From: Chlamydiae bacterium RIFCSPHIGHO2_12_FULL_49_11
Lineage (GTDB): Bacteria; Chlamydiota; Chlamydiia; Chlamydiales; 2-12-FULL-49-11
Assembly: GCA_001794905.1 (NCBI GenBank)
Contig: MGLW01000036.1
Coordinates: 1-21,128 of the forward strand
Reading direction: 5' to 3'
Length of the DNA: 21,128 nt
Shown here one piece after another: positions 11,561-18,117 of the stretch (position 1 is the first letter of the stretch; every line of letters begins with the position of its first letter). The notes under the pieces were generated by a model. It did not search any database. It had not been told where the DNA came from and was given only the letters and a program-made list of their open reading frames with translations. The translations under genes were made by a program, and so were the position numbers.

Positions 11561-12127
11561 TTGAGAGTCAACAGACAGATTCGTGTACCTCGCGTGAGGT
11601 TGATCGATGAGACAGGAAAGCAAATAGGAATCATAGCGACACACGAAGCACTCGAAAGGGCAGAGCGCAGCAATCTGGATCTGGTTGAAATTGCGCCTCT
11701 CGCGGAACCTCCGGTGTGCAAAATTATCGACTATGGCAAGTATCGTTACCAGCAGACGAAAAAGGAAAAAGAAAACCGGAAAGGGAGCGTGCAGGGCAAG
11801 CTGAAAGAAGTGAAGATGAAGCCAAACATCGACAAGCACGATCTGGAAACGAAGATGCGAAGAGCCAAAGAGTTCCTCGAAAAAGGGAACAAAGTAAAAT
11901 TTTCCTGCATGTTTCGCGGACGCGAGATCATGTTTTCGGCGAAGGGGAAAGTGATGTTTGACGTCATTCTGACTGAGCTTGACGACTATAGTTCGGTGGA
12001 TGCGCCGCCCAAGATGATGGGAAATACGCTGAGCATGATTTTGAGCCCGGCGGCGAAAGACAAGAAAAAGAAGGAGAAAAAAAGTGATCAAGGCAAAGAG
12101 CAACAAAGCGCTCAAGAAGAGGTTTAA
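11561..12127 (+). CDS. infC: Translation initiation factor IF-3
   Basis: VNRQIRVPRVRLID, LDLVEIAP.AEPPVCKIIDYGKYRY, KEVKMKPNIDKHD and FRGRE. Start placed at TTG 11561 behind AAGGAAAG; the ORF-track GTG 11519 lies inside the upstream hairpin. Confidence 0.96.
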   Translation: MRVNRQIRVPRVRLIDETGKQIGIIATHEALERAERSNLDLVEIAPLAEPPVCKIIDYGKYRYQQTKKEKENRKGSVQGKLKEVKMKPNIDKHDLETKMRRAKEFLEKGNKVKFSCMFRGREIMFSAKGKVMFDVILTELDDYSSVDAPPKMMGNTLSMILSPAAKDKKKKEKKSDQGKEQQSAQEEV

Positions 12128-12281
12128 AATCACTGCCACCGGCAAACTGCTTCGTAAAAAGCAGGGCAGGCGGCATCTTTTAGCCAAAAAGAGCACAAAA
12201 CACAAGCGGGATCTTGGAAAGACTGTTCAGGTCGGAGACAACCTCGCAAGTAAATATAAACGGATGATTTCGGGATTCTAG
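12084..12281 (+). CDS. rpmI: 50S ribosomal protein L35
   Basis: KSNKALKKRFKITATGK...RRHLLAKKS. GTG start behind AAGGAG, overlapping the infC 3' end by 44 nt. Confidence 0.95.
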   Translation: MIKAKSNKALKKRFKITATGKLLRKKQGRRHLLAKKSTKHKRDLGKTVQVGDNLASKYKRMISGF

Positions 12282-12293
12282 AGGAGAAAACAG

Positions 12294-12650
12294 ATGGTAC
12301 GTGTTACAAATGCGCCCGCGCGAAAACGCAGCAACAAACGTATACTCAAAAGAGTAAAAGGATTTTGGGGCGACAGGAAAAACCATGTCGCGCTAGCCAA
12401 AACCTCGCTGATGAAGGCGATGGCGTATGCCTTCAGTCACAGAAAGAAAAAGAAAGGGGAATACCGATCCTTGTGGATTCAAAGGATCAATGCCAAAGCA
12501 AGGGCTCTCGGCATTTCCTATAGCAAGCTGATGAGCGGCCTTCACAAGGCGGGGATTGACATCAACCGCAAAATTCTTGCCGATATGGCCATCGAGGACG
12601 GCAAAGCATTTGAAGCGGTTGTGGACAAAGCCAAAAAGGCTCTTAAGTAA
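12294..12650 (+). CDS. rplT: 50S ribosomal protein L20
   Basis: MVRV...[23 protein letters not shown] and [19 protein letters not shown]. Confidence 0.97.
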   Translation: MVRVTNAPARKRSNKRILKRVKGFWGDRKNHVALAKTSLMKAMAYAFSHRKKKKGEYRSLWIQRINAKARALGISYSKLMSGLHKAGIDINRKILADMAIEDGKAFEAVVDKAKKALK

Positions 12651-12653
12651 ACG

Positions 12654-13682
12654 ATGAGTGCTTTCGAAAGGGTAGAGAAAGAGAAAAAAACTTTTGTAGA
12701 GCAGCTGAAAACGGCGAGCTCTACAAAGGAAATCGAAGAACTCAGAATTCGTTATTTGGGGAAGAAGGGCTCTCTTGCCTCTTTCGTGGCAGAGCTCAGA
12801 GCTTTGACGAGTGATGAGAAACGTGATTTCGGTAAAGCGGTCAACGATCTCAAAATCTATATTCTCAACAAGCTTGACGAAAAAAATGAAAAACTCGTCA
12901 TGGCTGAGAGAAGCGAAATGATCGAAAGCGAGAAAATCGACGTCTCGCTTCCCGGTGTTTCTGTCCCTCTTGGAGGGCTCCACCCATTGACCCAAATGAT
13001 GGACAGGGTGAAATCGGTCCTCACTTTGATGGGCTTTACAGAATTTTTGTCCCCCGAACTGGAATCGGAATATTATAATTACGGCGGCTTGAATTATCCC
13101 GACGACCATCCCGCTCGCGATATGCAAGACACATACTATATCGATGAAACAACCCTGCTTCGCTCGCACAATACCGCTTTCCAGCAGCGGATCATGGAAA
13201 AGGAAAAGCCGCCGATCCGCAGTTTCTGCATGGGAAAATGCTACCGGAACGAAACGATTTCGTCCCGTTCCCACGTGATTTTTCATCAGGTCGATGTTCT
13301 CTATATTGACAAAAACGTTTCCCTTGCCGACATGATGGCTACGAAAACCGAGTATTACAAGCGCATTTTAGGTTCCGATATAAAGCTCCGCTTTCGCCCG
13401 AGTTATTTCCCCTTTGTCGAACCGGGAGTGGAAGTGGACATAGCATGTCTCCTTTGCGGTGGAAAGGGGTGCCGTTTATGCAAGCATTCGGGCTATCTCG
13501 AGGTGTGCGGCGCTGGAATGGTGCATCCCGAAGTTCTTCGCCAGGGGGGTCTTGACCCTGAACTGGTTTCCGGCTATGCATGGGGAGGGGGCATCGAAAG
13601 GCTTCTTCTCATGATGCGGGGGATTGACGACATCCGCCTATTTTTACAAAACGACATTCGTTTTCTTGCAGAATTTAAATAG
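12654..13682 (+). CDS. pheS: Phenylalanine--tRNA ligase alpha subunit
   Basis: G.LHPL, DHPARDMQDT, motif 2 YRNE...FHQ, RPSYFPFVEP, Cys-rich insert CLLCGGKGCRLCK and motif 3 G.GIERL. pheT is not adjacent. Confidence 0.97.
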   Translation: MSAFERVEKEKKTFVEQLKTASSTKEIEELRIRYLGKKGSLASFVAELRALTSDEKRDFGKAVNDLKIYILNKLDEKNEKLVMAERSEMIESEKIDVSLPGVSVPLGGLHPLTQMMDRVKSVLTLMGFTEFLSPELESEYYNYGGLNYPDDHPARDMQDTYYIDETTLLRSHNTAFQQRIMEKEKPPIRSFCMGKCYRNETISSRSHVIFHQVDVLYIDKNVSLADMMATKTEYYKRILGSDIKLRFRPSYFPFVEPGVEVDIACLLCGGKGCRLCKHSGYLEVCGAGMVHPEVLRQGGLDPELVSGYAWGGGIERLLLMMRGIDDIRLFLQNDIRFLAEFK

Positions 13683-13706
13683 ACCGGTACGTTACAATCA
13701 GAACTC

Positions 13707-15215
13707 ATGATTTCATGGATTGAACGCCACAAAAAGTGGATGGGGCTACTCTCCACTATGCCTGCTTTAGCGCTCGCATTTTTAGATCAGAGCATCGTAC
13801 CCGTTGCACTGCCGGTCATCGAAAAAACATTTCATGCATCGCGGATGGAACTTATCTGGTTTCTCAATAGCTACTTTCTTGTTTCCGCCTCATTTGTGCT
13901 GCTTGGCGGGAAAATTTCCGATTGGATCGGGCCAAAAAGAAGTTTTCTGATCGGGATGGGACTTTTTGCCCTTGCATCGGGAGTATGCGCAAGTAGTAGC
14001 AGCAGTCTTTATTTCATTGTAGGGCGTGCACTGCAAGGGTTAGGATCGTCACTCATGCTGCCCGCTTCATTTGCACTCGTTTCACTTCTTTTTCCCTGTC
14101 ATGAACGGGGGATGGCGACGGGGGTCAACACCAGTTTGGGAGCGTTCTTCCTCGTGATCGGGCCTCTACTGGGAGGGATGCTCGTCGAGCATTTTTCATG
14201 GCGCTTCATTTTTCTGATCAATCTTCCCTTGTGCATTATGAGTTTTGTGATGACACTTATTTTTGTTGCAAATAGCCCCCGAAAAAAGGCAACGCTGGAT
14301 TTTAGGGGATTTCTCTATTTTACCCTGACGATTTTTTCCCTTGTCGTGTATCTCATGCAAGCGGGAGAGTGGGGTTTCACCTCTTCAACGAGTCTTGCGT
14401 TTGTGTCGAGCATCGTGATTTTTGCCCTTCTTCTTGTTCGGCGGGAATTTACGGCGCGTTTCCCTTTTTTAGAAATCGGCCTTCTCAAAAGGCCTGTGTT
14501 CCGTGCGGTGAATATCAGTGTATTTATCGCGCAAACGGCGATGATTGTGATCATTTTCCGCGTCCTTTTTTTTCAGACGGCGCTGGGGTGGTCTCCCTCC
14601 AAAACGGGCTGGATGACCTTCTGCACCACTATCGCCCTTCTCATCGTCCCCCTTCCTGCCGGGGCGATCGCAGATCGGCTTGGTCCGCGCGTTCCGATTT
14701 TTCTCGGTTTTTGTCTCTTGGCATTTTCCCTCCTTTGGACAGGCTTATTTCTCACCTCGTCCCTGCCCCTCCTCCTGATTGGGCTTCTCCCTTGCGGGAT
14801 AGCGATCCCCTTGATCCAAACCCCTTCTCTCAGCTCGGCGATGAACGATGTGCCGGAAGAGAGAATCGGCCTCGTAGGGGGGACGATGTCAACCTTCCGT
14901 GCCCTTTCCGCGACTCTCTCGGTGGCGCTCATTGCTGCCCTCTTATGCAATGCAGAATTTTTCGATATGAATGCCAAATTCGGCCGCAAGGTACCTCCCC
15001 AGGCAATCTGGGAACTTGTGGGAACTTCGGAGCCGTACGAGCTCATTTACGATCGCTACCCCCAGGGGCAGCGGGAACATTTATGGAACGAACTGGTCCG
15101 CAGCAAAGTAGCGGCTCAAAGGGGCATCCACTTTATCTTGGCGCTGATGGTGTTAATGGCAATGCCGTTTGCGATCTGGCCCCATGAGCGAAAACTAGGG
15201 CGTGTCATCAAATAA
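13707..15215 (+). CDS. MFS drug:H+ antiporter, DHA2 (EmrB/QacA-like)
   Basis: LDQSIVPVALP (motif D1), GKISDWIGPKR (motif A), GRALQGLG (motif B), GPLLGG.L (motif C) and WRFIFLINLP. Many hydrophobic segments over 502 aa. Confidence 0.9.
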   Translation: MISWIERHKKWMGLLSTMPALALAFLDQSIVPVALPVIEKTFHASRMELIWFLNSYFLVSASFVLLGGKISDWIGPKRSFLIGMGLFALASGVCASSSSSLYFIVGRALQGLGSSLMLPASFALVSLLFPCHERGMATGVNTSLGAFFLVIGPLLGGMLVEHFSWRFIFLINLPLCIMSFVMTLIFVANSPRKKATLDFRGFLYFTLTIFSLVVYLMQAGEWGFTSSTSLAFVSSIVIFALLLVRREFTARFPFLEIGLLKRPVFRAVNISVFIAQTAMIVIIFRVLFFQTALGWSPSKTGWMTFCTTIALLIVPLPAGAIADRLGPRVPIFLGFCLLAFSLLWTGLFLTSSLPLLLIGLLPCGIAIPLIQTPSLSSAMNDVPEERIGLVGGTMSTFRALSATLSVALIAALLCNAEFFDMNAKFGRKVPPQAIWELVGTSEPYELIYDRYPQGQREHLWNELVRSKVAAQRGIHFILALMVLMAMPFAIWPHERKLGRVIK

Positions 15216-16773
15216 ACCATTGTTCTTCGAGTTTGCGAGCCCGGGATGTCTCTCTCCAAAACAGGATTGTGACATTCCGGTGTTTTGCTTGGCTGGCGGG
15301 CAAAGAAGTGCGAAGCTTTTCTTCTTGACCGAAGGGAAAGGGGAAGATGAATCGGAGGCTGCTTTTTTCCGGCATGGCTTGCGCGAGGGCCGCGAAATTT
15401 TGTTGTGTCACGGCAAAGTCGGGATCGGAAATGTGGCCTGCACTCAAAACCAGGACTTTGATGTTTTTTAAATTTCGTGCTACTGAGTTGGGGATTTGAC
15501 CGTATGCTTTAGAGGTAAGGGGGAAGTAGGAGAGATCCAGAAATTCAAGACGAATCAGGAAAGGGAAAATTTGGATGAGTCCTCGTGAAAGGTCTATATT
15601 GCCTGTCTCCAACAGTAAAATCCGGAGGGTGGCGCAGGCAGCTATTTTATAGAGATCGCTTTCCGTTTCTACCTTGAACGAGGCCCTTTCAAGACGCGGC
15701 AATTGTTGCAACGGAGAAAGATCGAAACGATCGAGAACCAAATGGCTCCGTACAACAAATCTTTCCAGAGAAGTGATTTTGGCAATCGATTCGTAGAATT
15801 TGCGAGGGATCGAAGTACAATTGAAAAACCGGATTTTTGTTAGAGGAAGGCTCTGCAGGTGCAATACTGCATCCGGAGAAATGGAATCAAAACAGGAAAG
15901 GTCCATTTCGGTTAGGTTCGGAGCGATTTGCACGACGGTTTTTGCTGCTTCGTATGTGAGATCAGGCTGGAATCTGAAACTAAGCTTTGCTAAGCGGGGC
16001 AAAAGGGTGAGCGGCGCCTTGTCCGGTTTTTGGAAGGCAATTTTCGGACACTCTTGCAATTCAAGCTGCTCCAGAGACGAAAGCCCGAGAAGGATTTTGA
16101 AAAGTTCACAATCAGTGGCATTTGAGTTCACGAGAGAGAGTGATTTTAATCGGGTCGAAGGATGCATCGAATTAAGCGCGGATGATGCAAAGCGGGAGAT
16201 TCGGAGCGCCAGGATGTCTATTTGACGAAAGAAATTTTCTTGCTCCTTGTCTGTCCATCTTTTCAGGTCGACGGAAAGGAATTCCAGTTCCGATAAGCTT
16301 GGTATATCGGGCATCTGGCTTGCCTTGAAAGCAGGAAGGATAAGAGAGGTTAACTGTGATGAGAGGGGGAAAGGGGAAGCTTCTTTTTCTCCGTCCACGA
16401 GAGCTGCATAGCGCAAATTAAGCGAATTCAGGCGGGGGTTTTGCGCGAGTGCGATATATTGACGGATAAAAAGGGGGCCTTCCACTTCTAACGAAAGACG
16501 TTCGGGCACATTGTCACAAGAGGGGTAGCCGCGTGTGCTGACAAGCTGGTACCCTCCATTATCGCCCTGAAGAAGGGCCCACCGGTTCGCGGGAAATTCG
16601 TGGAATAGCACCTGATCTGTCAAAGGGCTCACCGCTCGCTGCAACGTACGATATGCCACTCTTTCGGAGCGAGTGGAGCTTGGAGGCGATTTCTCAAAAA
16701 GACGAGATCCCACCCAATCAGGGAAGGATTTCTCTGCAGCACGGAGCAAGTACCAATTGTCTGATGGATAAAT
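15208..16773 (-). CDS. Leucine-rich-repeat protein (FBXL-like LRRs); true 5' end uncertain, possibly frameshifted
   Basis: Repeated LxxLxL units (LKSLSL, LEQLELQECPKI, NLTEMDLSCFDSI, LEFLDLSY, IKVLVLS). The frame is open from 16773 (after TGA 16776-16774) but has no ATG for more than 140 codons. The track start is TTG 16749 without an RBS. Confidence 0.75.
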   Translation of the reverse strand: MYPSDNWYLLRAAEKSFPDWVGSRLFEKSPPSSTRSERVAYRTLQRAVSPLTDQVLFHEFPANRWALLQGDNGGYQLVSTRGYPSCDNVPERLSLEVEGPLFIRQYIALAQNPRLNSLNLRYAALVDGEKEASPFPLSSQLTSLILPAFKASQMPDIPSLSELEFLSVDLKRWTDKEQENFFRQIDILALRISRFASSALNSMHPSTRLKSLSLVNSNATDCELFKILLGLSSLEQLELQECPKIAFQKPDKAPLTLLPRLAKLSFRFQPDLTYEAAKTVVQIAPNLTEMDLSCFDSISPDAVLHLQSLPLTKIRFFNCTSIPRKFYESIAKITSLERFVVRSHLVLDRFDLSPLQQLPRLERASFKVETESDLYKIAACATLRILLLETGNIDLSRGLIQIFPFLIRLEFLDLSYFPLTSKAYGQIPNSVARNLKNIKVLVLSAGHISDPDFAVTQQNFAALAQAMPEKSSLRFIFPFPFGQEEKLRTSLPASQAKHRNVTILFWRETSRARKLEEQWFI

Positions 16774-16916
16774 TCAGAGGGCGTCATTGCTTCTGCCACT
16801 CTTTCCATGAATATCCTCCTCAAAACCAGATCCCTCATCGGTAAAGGACCCCTTCCCAGATTGGGACAGATACTGAATATCTGATCGTTACGTTGCTGAT
16901 CGTGCATTTTTTCCAT
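16629..16916 (-). CDS. Short ORF, possibly the detached N-terminus of the LRR gene
   Basis: ATG 16916 follows TAAGGAG (coupled to the upstream stop), and in-frame ATG 16808 follows GAGGAGG. Overlaps the open LRR frame by 145 nt. Confidence 0.4.
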   Translation of the reverse strand: MEKMHDQQRNDQIFSICPNLGRGPLPMRDLVLRRIFMERVAEAMTPSEFIHQTIGTCSVLQRNPSLIGWDLVFLRNRLQAPLAPKEWHIVRCSER

Positions 16917-16927
16917 GAAGTTACTCC

Positions 16928-17584
16928 TTAATAGCGGTTAACGATTTGATGAAACAGATCCTTCGACAAATGGATCGGATTTCCTTTAATAATCCGGATG
17001 TGGTCTGCCTTGGGGAAAATATGCGTGATCGTCCCCTGAGACTTTCTCCAAACGTCTGCACTTGAATTTTGAATCACTTCGAGATCATGAAGAAGAGCGA
17101 TATGGACAAAGATATGAAAAATAGCCTGTCGGATGCGAGTGTGTAGAATATTAATCCCATTTTGGACAACGCATTGAACATGGCACAAGTCGGAATTTTC
17201 CTCTTCTAAAAGGAACGGAAGATGCACAAAATGACATACTGCTAAGGTATGGGTAGAAAACGGGCGATTTCCCAGAGGGATAAAAACATGGATTCGGTCT
17301 TTCTCTAAACATTCCGCATCGACTTCAAAGCACCTCTCCGGCGAAAATTGCACCTCTTGGAAATCTTTGTGAGCGAGGAGTTCCCGATGCTCATTTTTCT
17401 TAAAAAAGGAGGGGTCGATCACATTCTCAGTCCTGTCACACGGACGAAAACAGACCTGAAATTCAGATGCAGTGAACATGCAAATCTCCTTGTACGAAGA
17501 AGATGGTAACAATTCTTTTATTTTCTTTAAAGAGGAAAAAGATGCATAAAATTGTGTCATACCAAACGCAAGAAATACTTTCAC
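16928..17584 (-). CDS. Hypothetical protein (up to 218 aa, His/Cys-rich)
   Basis: The only long ORF over this stretch. Its TAA stop is part of the next RBS (TAAGGAG). The start is uncertain (GTG 17584, ATG 17560 or ATG 17479). Confidence 0.55.
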   Translation of the reverse strand: MKVFLAFGMTQFYASFSSLKKIKELLPSSSYKEICMFTASEFQVCFRPCDRTENVIDPSFFKKNEHRELLAHKDFQEVQFSPERCFEVDAECLEKDRIHVFIPLGNRPFSTHTLAVCHFVHLPFLLEEENSDLCHVQCVVQNGINILHTRIRQAIFHIFVHIALLHDLEVIQNSSADVWRKSQGTITHIFPKADHIRIIKGNPIHLSKDLFHQIVNRY

Positions 17585-17774
17585 AAATTCGGAATCATCT
17601 AACGGTCACCTTTGAACGATCCTTTCTCACTCATATTTAAAAATATGGGTTTCGAAATGATCGTTCAAATCTGCCTCGTTATCTGGCTCGAATTTATGAC
17701 ATTATTTCTTGCGTTCGGTATCAAATGATGAGATGGATTCGCTCGATCCTTTCGAAACCTATACTTTATATATG
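17559..17774. repeat. Nested imperfect inverted repeats (MITE/RPE-like palindromic element plus an inverted degenerate partial copy)
   Basis: 17644-17671 vs 17736-17763 inverted, 23/28 matches. 17611-17621 vs 17659-17669 perfect inverted 11-mer. 17559-17577 vs 17703-17721 inverted, 18/19. Confidence 0.8.
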
Positions 17775-17820
17775 CGAATGAATATGTAACAAATTAACAT
17801 TAAGTCGTTAAAGAATATTC

Positions 17821-17848
17821 TTGATTCTAATTCCAACAACATTATGAT
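17821..17848 (+). promoter_or_regulatory. Putative sigma66 promoter for the small membrane protein gene
   Basis: TTGATT (17821-17826), 16-nt spacer, TATGAT (17843-17848). Confidence 0.45.
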
Positions 17849-17890
17849 CAGGAGTAGCAATAATACATCAATTAGTAGGAGTATTGAGTT

Positions 17891-18082
17891 ATGTTAGGAC
17901 GAGACGAATGCGAACACACCCGATGCGGTATGGGCGTAATTATTACGCTTTTCGGCGTGTTTTTCTTGATTGCAAACTTGCTTCCCAGTTCAGGGATTTT
18001 AAAGTATTGGCCGATCTTTTTGATCGCTGCCGGACTTAACAAGTGCTGCATACATTACTTTTTCAGAAAAAGAAAAAGATAA
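17891..18082 (+). CDS. Small two-helix membrane protein, LiaF-TM/DUF5668-like
   Basis: GVIITLFGVFFLIANL...WPIFLIAAGL matches the G-x6-G-xxFL...WP-xx-LI-xx-G pattern. AGGAG RBS at 17877-17881 and a basic C-terminal tail. Confidence 0.7.
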   Translation: MLGRDECEHTRCGMGVIITLFGVFFLIANLLPSSGILKYWPIFLIAAGLNKCCIHYFFRKRKR

Positions 18083-18091
18083 ATATATCTG

Positions 18092-18117
18092 ATAACCCGG
18101 GGTAATAGCCGGGTTAT
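18092..18117. terminator. Hairpin between convergent genes (possible terminator)
   Basis: ATAACCCGG (18092-18100) and CCGGGTTAT (18109-18117) form a perfect 9-bp inverted repeat overlapping the fcl stop. The U tracts are weak. Confidence 0.5.

Noticed and set aside
12084-12127. 44-nt infC/rpmI overlap as a frameshift or error
   Set aside because: Both proteins are complete and rpmI has its own AAGGAG RBS. The overlap only yields a low-complexity IF-3 tail.
14369-15187. 272-aa alternative-frame ORF inside the MFS gene
   Set aside because: Entirely nested in a well-supported transporter gene. Its Ser/Pro/Arg/Cys-rich composition is typical of off-frame reading.
16774-16776. In-frame TGA upstream of the LRR frame as selenocysteine or stop readthrough
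   Set aside because: The same frame has no ATG upstream before a TAA, no SECIS-like hairpin was recognised, and TGA is an ordinary stop elsewhere (nusB, murB, S9 peptidase).
17559-17774. CRISPR array interpretation of the repeats
   Set aside because: The repeats are inverted and nested, not regularly spaced direct repeats with unique spacers, and no cas genes are present.
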